From the NCBI GenBank assembly GCA_041697335.1, contig JBGUGD010000025.1:4967-68966 (forward strand): 64,000 nucleotides of DNA, given 5' to 3'. Below, piece after piece: positions 47,136-56,993 of this stretch; within the stretch, counting starts at the first letter, position 1; every line of letters starts with the position of its first letter. The notes under the pieces were generated by a model that was given only the letters and a program-made list of their open reading frames with translations, was not told where the DNA came from and made no database searches. The stretch comes from Vampirovibrionaceae bacterium NZW_1234. GTDB lineage: Bacteria > Cyanobacteriota > Vampirovibrionia > Vampirovibrionales > JAGQHJ01. The position numbers and the translations under genes were made by a program.

Positions 47136-48035
47136 TCATTTGTTAGGAATGTTCTGATAGGTACAAATATGTTCTGTAACGATGTTGCCATCTGGGTCTC
47201 GGGTTTTAATTTCAATTCGATCCTCCATCCTCCCGATTAAAATGTTTCGTTTGAGGAGTTGTGCACTAACGAATTGATGCCCTTCTCGCATAGGCAGGGT
47301 GATGCTTTTATCACCCCAATTAATTGTCACTCTCGGGCTTGAGAGATGACGTTCTCTTGTCTGAGGATCTTCGGAAACATCCTGATAGGTGGTAACTGTA
47401 ACTGGCCTGTTTTGGCTATCTTTCTTGTTCAGTCGCTCCCGATACTCGGTGTATTCTTTTCTTTCAGGTGGTTTTGGCGGGACCTCCTGTTTTTTCTTAT
47501 TCTCAGGTGGGGCTGTGGGTGGTTGTGGTTTGGGTGGAGGCAATGTTGGCGGTTTTTCTGCATCCGGTAATTTATTTGCCTCATAGGTCCTTCCGGTGAG
47601 GTTGCCATCTTTGTCAAATTCCCGATAGACGATTCTCCCGTTGTTGCTGTCAGCCACCATGTATTTTTTTCCGTCTTTTTCAACGACACGGAAATTGGGA
47701 TCGAAGCGATTGCGGGTGTACATTTTCTGAGGTTTGCCGTCAACATACACCGTGTATTCCCGATTTCCGTCCGAGGTCATGTCATAATAATTCGAGACAT
47801 ACACGGGCTTGCCATTCACGGTACCCACCTGGGTGAGCTGTTCTCCCGGTGCCAGTGACGGTTGCACGTTCGAGCCGGATGCCGGAATGGGTTTCATCGA
47901 AATTGAATCAGTCGAACTTGACCGAGCCAACGACGGCGCCAGCCCCGCATTTGAAGCCGTCTGTTTTTCGATACTGTCCGTATTTTTCCACAGGCCAACC
48001 TGCCCCGGGGAAGGGGTATTCGTATTGATCATCAT
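47136..48035 (-). CDS. Hypothetical protein with a central Pro/Lys-rich linker
   Basis: 299-aa ORF with the linker PPTLPPPKPQPPTAPPENKKKQEVPPKPPERKE. No signal peptide. Confidence 0.55.
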   Translation of the reverse strand: MMINTNTPSPGQVGLWKNTDSIEKQTASNAGLAPSLARSSSTDSISMKPIPASGSNVQPSLAPGEQLTQVGTVNGKPVYVSNYYDMTSDGNREYTVYVDGKPQKMYTRNRFDPNFRVVEKDGKKYMVADSNNGRIVYREFDKDGNLTGRTYEANKLPDAEKPPTLPPPKPQPPTAPPENKKKQEVPPKPPERKEYTEYRERLNKKDSQNRPVTVTTYQDVSEDPQTRERHLSSPRVTINWGDKSITLPMREGHQFVSAQLLKRNILIGRMEDRIEIKTRDPDGNIVTEHICTYQNIPNK

Positions 48036-48477
48036 AGTCAGTTACTCCAGCGTCTGTCAGTAAACACATTGCCGATAAAAAATATCAAGAAGAAACAATT
48101 TGACACTATAGGGATAAACGATTGGTTCATAAAAAAGATGACAGTATATTTTTTTTTGTAAAAAATACGCCAGATTGCAAAAAAATTATTAAACTGACAT
48201 TCGATGGGCAGCGTCTAAGACCAGCTCAAATGGACTTTTTATCAGAAAACGGTTTGATTTGGATCGAGAGAGCGGATGAAGAAAATTAAAAATTCATGAC
48301 AGTGATCCCATTCACGCAGCATGTGGCAATAACGAATCATAATAGGGAATTTGACGTTTGGACTACTAGAAATATTATTTAAAGTTTAACGAGACAATTG
48401 AGGTACGGAGGTCTTTAGTCTTTATAGGGGAGTTTGTTTGATTTATAATGCCGAAATCTTCCAATTGTTGAGATCGC

Positions 48478-48951
48478 ATGGAGGACTTGGGAATGCGAAT
48501 TATGGGTCTGCCTACGGCCACCAGGCCTCGTTTTAGCAGTAGTGTGGCGTCGGCGCCACAACCGGTGACGCCGCAACATGTGTATCACGAGGTGGTGGCG
48601 TTACTGAAACCGGATAACAAAACCTTGCTGGTGTCGCCCCCGTCTTACGAAACCCGAGATGGGCAACGTTTTGAAGTCATTCAGGTTATTGCCCATCACA
48701 GTGCCATGGCGCAAAAACCGATTGAACAGGCGTCCCAAACCTTGCAGGCGCATCCCAAGTATACGCCGGTGCAGCGCTTTAGCAAGACCATCTCTAAGGA
48801 TCCAGCCACGGGCCAGCGTGTCTATGGTCCGCAACAACCCATTGTGGAGCAGCATCCCTTGGTGTTTGCCCACGTGGATAACCCCCAGATTCACGTGAAG
48901 CTCGCTTACGGTGGGGATCTTCACTTTGACCCCACGATAAAGTATGCATAG
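48478..48951 (+). CDS. Hypothetical protein
   Basis: 157-aa ORF. N-terminal MRIMGLPTATRPRFSSS. The start among the three ATGs at 48478-48499 is uncertain. Confidence 0.45.
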   Translation: MEDLGMRIMGLPTATRPRFSSSVASAPQPVTPQHVYHEVVALLKPDNKTLLVSPPSYETRDGQRFEVIQVIAHHSAMAQKPIEQASQTLQAHPKYTPVQRFSKTISKDPATGQRVYGPQQPIVEQHPLVFAHVDNPQIHVKLAYGGDLHFDPTIKYA

Positions 48952-49033
48952 ACGCCTATTCTTTTCCGACGTGAATACCTATCCCATGATTCTCCCTGGC
49001 GAAATCATGAGAGGGTTCTAATGCGTATGCTGA

Positions 49034-51523
49034 CTAGTTGTTGGGATTAATAAAGCTGGATTTAAACTCACTGACAAAGCTGCTGAAGTCGGACGTCATG
49101 CCCAGTTTTTTGAAAATGCTGGCCCATTTGGATGACGCATTGGCATCTTTCTCATCCATCCAGATTTCCCGACTGGTATCGGTAGAGAGCGCAATTGATC
49201 CGGGGAGCCCCAAGAAGCTCCCAATAGCCACAGTGCCGTAGGTTAACACGCTACGAGAACCTTCGGTGGTATCCATGTATTCCTTGATATACGGAACTGT
49301 TTCCCCGGCGATACGGATGCGATGAATTATTCCTTTACTGTCTTTAACCTCAAACTCCATATCTTTCAATTTAAGAGGATGATGGACGCTGTCGGAGTAA
49401 GTGCTGACCAGTTCTTCTTTGGTAAATGAGTTATGAGGATAAGGGGTAACCACATGGCGCAGGTAGGATTTAATTCCAAGCTCAGCCATGGAACTGATAT
49501 CGGACTCGTAGCTGCCTTCGCCGTTAAACTTCCATTGGTCCTTGTGTTTATTGGCCTGAACATATTTTGTAAATGCCGACCAGATGCGGTATTTGTTGGG
49601 GTTGGATTCATCCATGCTATTGATGTTGTCTAATAACGTTCCCAGGTCTTTGACGGATAATTCTTTCTCAGTCTTGGTATCTAGAATTTCGTTCACTTTT
49701 TGCAATGCAATCTCTTCTGCTTTCTCGGGAGTCAAGGGCGGTGTGGTATTTTCATTGCCCGTGGGTTTGGGCATGTTTTTATCGATCAGTTCTTCCAGCG
49801 GCGTGACCCACATATGCTGTACCACCTGTGCCGCCACTTGATCCCGGACGTCTTTCGGTAAATCCTTAAACCCGTTGAAATCCCGGTTCTCGATATCTCG
49901 TATTGGCGGGTTTCCAAAGTTTATAAGGGTGGGTGGGGTTTTTAGTTTATTCTCCAGGGCCTCAATTTGCTTTTGCAACTGTGCTTTTTCAAGGCCTCGC
50001 GCCCTGGTAATTTGCTCTTTGTCCATAATATTCTGGCGCTCTTGTGCTTCGAGATCGGTAAGCACTCGAGGCGCACGACTCAGAAACTGAATTTCATTTT
50101 GAATTTTGGTTTCCAGTCGGGCTAAGTCGGCTTTTTCGGTGTCGGAGAGCGTTAGCCCTCTGTTCTGCATGCCTTTAAGCCAATCATAATGAATTCTTTC
50201 TTCATCTGTTGGCATATTGAATACCTTTAGCATTCTGATGGCTTCTTCTTCATCAAGGGGATTGTCCGGATCCTCCCAGTTGATGTCATCAAGGGTTCTC
50301 TCCAGACGTGTCTGGACATCGCCGATGCGCTTGTCGAGCAACGCATTTCGCTTTTTCAACAGTTCTTCCTCGGTTTGGTGGTCAAACACGGCCAACTGTT
50401 TTTTCTTCGCATCAACATACGCTTTCATGGTGTTTTGGTATATTTCCAAAAACTTCTGAGGATCTGAAATTTGAAGCTTTCCTTGGCGTTGTTCTTCAAT
50501 CTCTCTCTCGTATTGGCCTAAAAGGTTTTCCAAGCCTTTAATATCTTCTTCGGAGGGGACCTGGTTGTTCGCAATGGCGCTTTTTACGGATTCCAATCGT
50601 TGCGAATTTCGAAGCTTCTCAGATTGAGACTTGGTTCCCAGGTCTTGGAGTTCCGAGCGCCAAGCATCGAATACGCTTTGGCGGTCTTGGGTTGGTTGAC
50701 CATGGACAGGCGCATTTACGTCGACCTCGTTTGCCGCGGCCATGGCCATACCTGCCTGCGAGATTTCTGAGGAGAATGCACCGCTATTTTCAGGAACCCC
50801 GGTCGGTGCGTTCATGTCATCAATATTTCCCGTTTGAGCGGATACAAAAGAAAACATGGATGCAGGGTTTGTTGGAATGTTGCTGTAGAAGCCAGGGCTT
50901 GGTCCCGTGCTTTCTCCAAAGGTGCCGCTTTCTCCGAAGATGCCTTGTGTGCTAAAGCTACCGCTTTCTCCGAAAGTGTTTTGTGGGCCAAAGCTACCGC
51001 TTTCTCCGAAGGTGTTTTGTGTGCTAAAGCTACCGCTTTCTCCGAAAGTGTTTTGTGGGCCAAAGCTACCGCTTTCTCCGAAGATGCCTTGTGCGCCAAA
51101 GCTACCGCTTTCTCCGAAGGTGCCTTGTGGGCCAAAGCTACCGCTTTCTCCGAAGATGCCTTGTGCGCCAAAAGTGCCGCTTTCTCCGAAGGTGGCTTGT
51201 GTGCCAGAGGGGCCTTGAAATCCTGAGGTGCTGGGATGGCCGGAGGGGCCTTGAATCGTATTCGTGTCACTTGTGGATGGATAGACCAGGGGGGTAGGCC
51301 AAACGGAATAGAGGAGTGCATTTGAAACACTGATGAATTGATAGAACGTGTTAAAGTTGACAATATCGACTGTATACCCTGTATTACCGATGGGTGGGTT
51401 TGGGGGGAGATAGCTATTGGTTGATGAAGCCTCCCCAGTAACACCGTTGGGAGGGGTATGCGGTGTCACTGTATTATCGGTGCCATAGTAAAGATTAAAT
51501 GCGTTGGGCTCTATCGTCGCCAT
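49034..51523 (-). CDS. Large hypothetical protein with an FGESGSFGxQxx tandem repeat and a long coiled-coil region
   Basis: ATG 51523 (MATIEPN) follows GGAAAGAGAG. No signal peptide. It has eight 12-aa repeats and a charged helical middle. Confidence 0.65.
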   Translation of the reverse strand: MATIEPNAFNLYYGTDNTVTPHTPPNGVTGEASSTNSYLPPNPPIGNTGYTVDIVNFNTFYQFISVSNALLYSVWPTPLVYPSTSDTNTIQGPSGHPSTSGFQGPSGTQATFGESGTFGAQGIFGESGSFGPQGTFGESGSFGAQGIFGESGSFGPQNTFGESGSFSTQNTFGESGSFGPQNTFGESGSFSTQGIFGESGTFGESTGPSPGFYSNIPTNPASMFSFVSAQTGNIDDMNAPTGVPENSGAFSSEISQAGMAMAAANEVDVNAPVHGQPTQDRQSVFDAWRSELQDLGTKSQSEKLRNSQRLESVKSAIANNQVPSEEDIKGLENLLGQYEREIEEQRQGKLQISDPQKFLEIYQNTMKAYVDAKKKQLAVFDHQTEEELLKKRNALLDKRIGDVQTRLERTLDDINWEDPDNPLDEEEAIRMLKVFNMPTDEERIHYDWLKGMQNRGLTLSDTEKADLARLETKIQNEIQFLSRAPRVLTDLEAQERQNIMDKEQITRARGLEKAQLQKQIEALENKLKTPPTLINFGNPPIRDIENRDFNGFKDLPKDVRDQVAAQVVQHMWVTPLEELIDKNMPKPTGNENTTPPLTPEKAEEIALQKVNEILDTKTEKELSVKDLGTLLDNINSMDESNPNKYRIWSAFTKYVQANKHKDQWKFNGEGSYESDISSMAELGIKSYLRHVVTPYPHNSFTKEELVSTYSDSVHHPLKLKDMEFEVKDSKGIIHRIRIAGETVPYIKEYMDTTEGSRSVLTYGTVAIGSFLGLPGSIALSTDTSREIWMDEKDANASSKWASIFKKLGMTSDFSSFVSEFKSSFINPNN
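50901..51208. repeat. 36-bp in-frame tandem repeat, 8 full units plus one degenerate unit
   Basis: GCTACCGCTTTCTCCGAA(G/A)(G/A)TG(C/T)(C/T)TTGTG(G/T/C)G(C/T)(C/T)AAA is repeated head to tail from 50921. All three plus-strand frames are also open across it. Confidence 0.9.
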
Positions 51524-51762
51524 ACACAACTCTCTTTCCATTTGTGGGCAAGCATAATGTTGCAATTTCTTTCGGCAGGAAAAGAGACCTGCTACAGCAT
51601 GGTTTATTGAAATGTTACTTTGTTACATGTGGCTTATGAGGCCATGGTCAAGTAAAAGCGAGCAATTCGATAACGTGGGCCATGTATGAACAAATATTAA
51701 ATGGGTGACACAGTCGAATGGTTTTAAGCATACAACGGACACGGTGAGGCCATGAAATGCCC

Positions 51763-52140
51763 TTAAGGCAGGGTGCGGGCGAGGAGGCGGTCGACCGGGT
51801 GGTTTTCGATCAGGTGGCTTTGGACGATTTCGGGGACATCTTCGGGTTGAACATGATAGTACCAGACGCCGTCGGGGTAGATCATCACGGCAGGGCCGGT
51901 CTGACACAGGCCAATAGAGCCGCAGGTGGTGACGATGACGGATCCGTCCTTGGACCCGCGTTTGCCGTAAAGAAGCCCCTTTTCGGCCAGGACATTCCAA
52001 AAGGCTTCCAGAACGGCCTCGCTGCCGTTCGCACTACAGGACTTACCGGTACACACAAACACGTGCCGGGTTAAGGGGGCCGTGACCACCGGGGATTTTT
52101 CAACAAGTGCTTCTCGGCTCAGCATCATTATCGAATCCAA
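51763..52140 (-). CDS. Thioredoxin-like [2Fe-2S] ferredoxin
   Basis: HVFVCTGKSCSANGS and VTTCGSIGLCQTGPAVMIYPDGVWY supply the four Cys ligands. Confidence 0.8.
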   Translation of the reverse strand: MDSIMMLSREALVEKSPVVTAPLTRHVFVCTGKSCSANGSEAVLEAFWNVLAEKGLLYGKRGSKDGSVIVTTCGSIGLCQTGPAVMIYPDGVWYYHVQPEDVPEIVQSHLIENHPVDRLLARTLP

Positions 52141-52285
52141 TCAATCGCATCCATTCAATCGGTCAACTGTCGATACTTTACCGTGAGTGGCCGCGCGTTG
52201 CAAATGGCCTATAGGCAGCACGCTGTGCTTCATGTACACTCAATGCCAGAACACGGCACTTGAATTATAGGGAGACTATCGACAC

Positions 52286-52765
52286 ATGGAAGCTGTTTCA
52301 TTGAAAGAGACCCTGGGAAAAGCCATTGGCAAAATCGCCAGCGGGCTGTATGTGGTGACCACCGGATCGGGCGAGCAGAAACAGGGGTTTTTGGCCTCCT
52401 GGATTATGCAGGCCAGCTTTGAACCCCCGATGCTGACCGTCGCTGTCCAGAAAGACCGGGATATTCTGAAGCTTATCGAGGAAAACAAGCGCTTTGTGGT
52501 CAATGTCCTGAGCGACAGCAACTCCAACCTGATGGGCAAGTTTGCCAAGTACAGCCCGGAACAGTTCCAGGATGTGCCGGCCTATGAAAACGACCATGGC
52601 GTGGTATTGAAAGATACGGTGGCCTTTATGGCGTGCGATCTCGTTCGGGTCTGGTCCGAGGGCGGGGATCACGTCCTGCTGGTGGGGCAGATTGTGGATG
52701 GTGAAGTGATGAATGCCGATCTGCAACCTTGGACGCACCTGCGGAAAAATGGGTTTTCTTACTAA
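52286..52765 (+). CDS. Flavin reductase-like FMN-binding domain protein
   Basis: GLYVVTTGSGEQKQGFLASWIMQASFEPPMLTVAV. Confidence 0.8.
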   Translation: MEAVSLKETLGKAIGKIASGLYVVTTGSGEQKQGFLASWIMQASFEPPMLTVAVQKDRDILKLIEENKRFVVNVLSDSNSNLMGKFAKYSPEQFQDVPAYENDHGVVLKDTVAFMACDLVRVWSEGGDHVLLVGQIVDGEVMNADLQPWTHLRKNGFSY

Positions 52766-52783
52766 CAAAGCCATGTTGGACGG

Positions 52784-53128
52784 ATGCCCGTTCTGATTCG
52801 TCGCACCAAACAAGGAACCTGGCTGTTCCCGGTGGTTGTGACCCCCAAATCCCATGCGGATGAGGTGGTGCCCGTCGTGGCCAACGATGAGGCGATTGCC
52901 GTGAAAGTCCGCGCGCTGCCGGATAAGGGGGCTGCCAATCAGGCGGTTATCGCTGTTCTGGCCAAAGCCCTGAAGCTCCCGAAAACAAGCCTCAGTGTCG
53001 CTCATGGGGCCACCTCCCGCCAGAAGCAAATTGCCCTGGAGGGCATTGCCGATGCGGCGCAGTTGCTGAGCCACTTCAGTGCCATTGCGGCGGCGCCTCC
53101 CGAGACCGTGTTTTTGTTTCGAGAATAA
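52784..53128 (+). CDS. DUF167 (YggU-like) protein
   Basis: VVVTPKSHADEV..AVKVRALPDKGAANQAVIAVLAKALKLPKTSLSVAHGATSRQK. Confidence 0.75.
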   Translation: MPVLIRRTKQGTWLFPVVVTPKSHADEVVPVVANDEAIAVKVRALPDKGAANQAVIAVLAKALKLPKTSLSVAHGATSRQKQIALEGIADAAQLLSHFSAIAAAPPETVFLFRE

Positions 53129-53210
53129 GGTTCGAGGGGCCGGTCTCCGGGTCATCGGCGTGGCTGACCTGAGGTTGCTCAGCCATGCCGGGTTCGGGTT
53201 TCTGGTATGA

Positions 53211-54020
53211 TTGCCGATGTTGAAACGGCCTGTGTGCGACGCAATGGACAAGCATTTTATCTGTGATATGGACGGCGTGGTATACCGGGGTAATCGGATG
53301 ATTCCCGGGATTCAGGTTTTTCTGGAGCGGCTTCAGGCCCATGGGCGGCGGGTTTTATTTTTGACCAACAGCTCTTCCCGCACTGCCGAACAATGCAAGG
53401 CTAAGCTCGAGGACTTGGGGCTGTCGGGGATTGAAGCGCATCAGTTTTTTACCGCCGCCATGGCCACGGCGCGGTTTCTGGCCCATCAGACGCTCCCTAA
53501 AACCGCCTATGTCATTGGCGGCGAAGGCCTTCGGCAGGAGCTGCGCCAGGTCGGGTTTGAGTTAACCGACCGGGATCCGGCCTACGTCATTCTGGGGCAT
53601 ACGCAGGAGTTTAATTTTTCCATGCTGTCCACGGCCACCCGCTTAATTCGCGGAGGAAGCCGCTTTGTGGCCACCAACCCGGATCCGGTGGATCCGGTGG
53701 AAGATGGTGTGGAACCGGCATGCGGCAGTTTGATTGCGGCCGTTCAGACGGCGACCAATAAAATGCCTTATATCATTGGGAAACCCAACGCACTGATGAT
53801 GCGTATGGCCCGGGAGACCATGGGGCTGGAGGCTGAACGTCTGGTGATGGTCGGGGATCGGATGGATACGGATATCAAGGCCGGTCTGGAGGCAGGAATG
53901 ACCACCGTGTTAGTATTGTCCGGCGTGACGGCACGAGAAGATCTCAGCCAATATGCCTACCAACCCGATTATGTGTTTGACGATGCCGGTCAGATCGATT
54001 TGGCCCAGGTGGCGCTATGA
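53211..54020 (+). CDS. HAD-IIA (NagD/AraL-like) sugar phosphatase
   Basis: FICDMDGVVYRG (DxDG motif I), LTNSS, and GKP..GDRMDTDI (motifs III/IV). Confidence 0.85.
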   Translation: MPMLKRPVCDAMDKHFICDMDGVVYRGNRMIPGIQVFLERLQAHGRRVLFLTNSSSRTAEQCKAKLEDLGLSGIEAHQFFTAAMATARFLAHQTLPKTAYVIGGEGLRQELRQVGFELTDRDPAYVILGHTQEFNFSMLSTATRLIRGGSRFVATNPDPVDPVEDGVEPACGSLIAAVQTATNKMPYIIGKPNALMMRMARETMGLEAERLVMVGDRMDTDIKAGLEAGMTTVLVLSGVTAREDLSQYAYQPDYVFDDAGQIDLAQVAL

Positions 54021-55069
54021 AGATTACGGTTCCGGCCTTGCTCCGCATCAAGCCAAATGCCCTGGAAAAAGTCGGCAAGTATCTGTGCGCCTTGGACATC
54101 GACCATGTCGCTGTGCTGTATGCCGATGGCTTGTCCACCCAGCTGCATGAACAGGTTGAATCCTCGTGTCGTCAATGGAAGCGGACAATCACGGCCGTGC
54201 AGACGGTAACCTCCAACGAGACTCGTGTGTTGTTTGATTTGTCTCTTAACCTGCCCGAAAACACCGGAGGGCTGATGGTATTGGGGGGCGGACGAGCCAT
54301 TGATGCCGGGAAGTACCTGTCGCACATGTTGCAAATACCGCTGCTGGTGTGTCCGACCATTGTGTCCAATGACGGCGTGGCGTCGCCGTTCTCTTCTCTG
54401 CTGTTTGACGGGGTAAAACGTACCGTACGAACCCGCCTCCCCGCAGGTATCGTTGTGGATACCGCCATCGTGGCCCAAGCGCCGGTGCAATTTTATTACT
54501 CAGGGGTGGGCGATTTGGTGTCCAATCTGACGGCGATTGCCGACTGGAAGGCGGCCTATCACCATCATGGGCTTTATGTCGATGATTTTGCCGTGTCCGT
54601 GTCCCAAACGGCCGCCGAGAATTTTATACACTCTCCCGAGACGTCGCCCATCGATTATGCATGTTTGCGAACCTTGGCCAATGGCCTGATCTTGAGCGGT
54701 ATTGCGATGGAGGTCGCCGGATCCAGCCGTCCGGCCAGTGGCAGCGAGCACCTGATTTCGCATGCCTATGACACGTTGCCCGAATCCCAAGCCAGCTTGC
54801 ACGGGTTGCAGGTGGGTGTCGCCGCCTATGCCGTCAGTGCGATTCAGGAAAAAACACACAAGCAGGTCCGTCAGTGCCTTCTCGACAGTGGCTTTGTCGA
54901 TTATATGAAGCATCATCCGCTGTCAAAGCAGGCGTTTCTCACCGCTGTCCAAAAAGCTCCCCGGATGAAAGAGAATTTTTACACGCTTCTTTCTGAATCG
55001 GACTCTATGGCCGCATTGTTGGATTTTGTCCATCGGGATGCGCTCCTTAACGAAATGCTCGCCGAGTAA
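54017..55069 (+). CDS. sn-glycerol-1-phosphate dehydrogenase-like (AraM/EgsA family) iron-type dehydrogenase
   Basis: LGGGRAIDAGKY. PTIVSNDGVASP matches the G1PDH PTxxSxDGxxSP signature rather than the GldA PTIASTDAP signature. GSEHLISH and HGLQVGV are present. ATGA overlap with the HAD gene. Confidence 0.65.
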   Translation: MKITVPALLRIKPNALEKVGKYLCALDIDHVAVLYADGLSTQLHEQVESSCRQWKRTITAVQTVTSNETRVLFDLSLNLPENTGGLMVLGGGRAIDAGKYLSHMLQIPLLVCPTIVSNDGVASPFSSLLFDGVKRTVRTRLPAGIVVDTAIVAQAPVQFYYSGVGDLVSNLTAIADWKAAYHHHGLYVDDFAVSVSQTAAENFIHSPETSPIDYACLRTLANGLILSGIAMEVAGSSRPASGSEHLISHAYDTLPESQASLHGLQVGVAAYAVSAIQEKTHKQVRQCLLDSGFVDYMKHHPLSKQAFLTAVQKAPRMKENFYTLLSESDSMAALLDFVHRDALLNEMLAE

Positions 55070-55180
55070 TGCTGGGCCGAGTTGTGCCGTGGGGCTTTAC
55101 TCGATGATCATCCCTCGGGCATAATGATGGCGATGGAAAGAGGCCCCTGGTTAACACACACGGCACATGGACCATAGACA

Positions 55181-56845
55181 ATGAACTTTTGGATGTTCCT
55201 GACGGCGTTGATGCCCATACTGGCAGTATTCGTTCTGTTGGTGGTGCTTCGACTCCCTGCCATGCGTGCCATGCCCATTGGGTTGGCTCTGACCGCATTG
55301 ATGGCTTGGCGGTTTTGGCAGATGACTCCGGTCCACCTTGCGGCGGCATGCGTGGAAGGTCTGTTTGCAGCGGCTTCCATTCTCTGGATTGTTTTCGGGG
55401 CTGTCTTTTTGCTGAAAGTGCTGACGTTGAGCGGTGCCATTGATACCATCCGCAATGCCTTCACCCACATTTCACCGGACCGGCGGGTTCAGGCCATCAT
55501 CATTGCGTGGCTGTTTGGCGCCTTTATTGAGGGCGCTGCCGGTTTTGGGACCCCTGCAGCCCTGGGGGCGCCGCTTATGGTTGCGATTGGCTTTCCGTTA
55601 TTGCCGGCTGTGGTATTGGCCTTGGTTGCCGACAGTTCCCCGGTCTCTTTTGGTGCCGTGGGAACCCCGATTCTCATTGGTATGAATCAGGGACTTCACG
55701 TGGGCGGGGATGTTGCTCCTGAAGTGGCCGGATACTTGGATATGCAATCCCTGGACAGCTTTTTAAAACAGGTGACTGCCCAAACCGTGATGATGGATCT
55801 TTGCATCGGCACGTGGATCCCCCTGATGCTTGCCGTGATGCTGACTCGGTTTTTCGGTAAAAACCGAAGCTGGAAAGAGGGACTGGGCATCTGGAAGTTT
55901 GCTTTGTTTGCCGGGTTGGCCTTTGAAGTGCCTGCGTTAATCTCTGCCTTGTGGCTGGGGCCTGAGTTTCCGGCACTGATTGGCGGGTTAGTGGGTTTGG
56001 GCATTGTTGTACCAGCCGTTCAACGGGGCTTCCTCCAGTCTGATACACCATGGGATGATTTTTCGGAACCCCTGGACTCCGGGATGGCGTCATCGGAACG
56101 GCTACTCAATAGGCCGATACTCTCCATGAGCCTGCACATGGCCTGGCTGCCCTATATCCTCGTCGCCCTCGTATTGGTTCTGACCCGGATGGATGCGTTA
56201 CCGTTGAAGGCTGCCTTACAGGGCATTGGGGTTGGGTGGTCGTCTATTCTGGGAACGTCCATGTCTGCTCGCCTGGAGCCCTTGTATCTGCCTGGGGCAA
56301 CCTTTGTGGCGGTGGCCATGTCAACGACATGGCTTCATCGCTTGACCATCAAGGATATGGCCCTTCCTCTCCGGCAGACGGTGCACACGCTGATGCCCAG
56401 TGTGGTCGCTTTGGGGGCGGCGGTCCCGATGGTCCGTATCTTTACCAATTCGGACATCAACACGGCAGGCTTGCAGAGCATGCCGGTTGAACTGGCCACC
56501 CTGTTTTCCAATGCCCTGGGGACGCTATGGCCCCTTATTGCTCCTCTTGTTGGTTCTCTGGGGTCCTTTGTCTCGGGTTCGGCCACGTTCTCCAACATGA
56601 TGTTCAGTCTGTTCCAGTTTTCCGCCGCGGTCCAGGTGAATATGGATCCCCATATCATTCTGGCGGCACAGATGCTGGGAGCCAATGCCGGAAATATGAT
56701 ATGTGTGCTGAATGTGGTGGCTGCGGCCAGTGTTGTTGGCCTTAGCGGCAAGGAAGGAGCCATTATCCGCTACACGATTGTACCGATGATCGGTATGATT
56801 TTGGTGGCCGGTTTGCTGGCCTTCTTATGGGCGACAATGACTTGA
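55181..56845 (+). CDS. L-lactate/glycolate permease (LctP family)
   Basis: 554 aa and polytopic, with an LctP-like N-terminus and [15 protein letters not shown]. Confidence 0.85.
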   Translation: MNFWMFLTALMPILAVFVLLVVLRLPAMRAMPIGLALTALMAWRFWQMTPVHLAAACVEGLFAAASILWIVFGAVFLLKVLTLSGAIDTIRNAFTHISPDRRVQAIIIAWLFGAFIEGAAGFGTPAALGAPLMVAIGFPLLPAVVLALVADSSPVSFGAVGTPILIGMNQGLHVGGDVAPEVAGYLDMQSLDSFLKQVTAQTVMMDLCIGTWIPLMLAVMLTRFFGKNRSWKEGLGIWKFALFAGLAFEVPALISALWLGPEFPALIGGLVGLGIVVPAVQRGFLQSDTPWDDFSEPLDSGMASSERLLNRPILSMSLHMAWLPYILVALVLVLTRMDALPLKAALQGIGVGWSSILGTSMSARLEPLYLPGATFVAVAMSTTWLHRLTIKDMALPLRQTVHTLMPSVVALGAAVPMVRIFTNSDINTAGLQSMPVELATLFSNALGTLWPLIAPLVGSLGSFVSGSATFSNMMFSLFQFSAAVQVNMDPHIILAAQMLGANAGNMICVLNVVAAASVVGLSGKEGAIIRYTIVPMIGMILVAGLLAFLWATMT

Positions 56846-56993
56846 ACGCATCACGCTGCTTGTAAGACAGCCTACCTGCTGAATAGGCAAAGCCCATGGT
56901 TATCCGGGACACTGTTGAACACCACGATCGTCAAGCGGCTTGAGCAAGGCCAGCTGGTTTGAGTGTTGATTACCGGGAGGCTGCAGGAATCAG

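Noticed and set aside
50901-51208. The 36-bp tandem repeat as a non-coding satellite or CRISPR
   Set aside because: The period is a multiple of three. The array lies inside a long ORF whose frame continues on both sides, variation sits at specific codons, and there are no spacers.
52298-53251. 317-aa minus-strand ORF
   Set aside because: It lies antisense to the flavin reductase and DUF167 genes, which have clear family motifs. Its translation is low-complexity and Arg/Gly/His-rich, a typical shadow ORF in GC-rich coding DNA.
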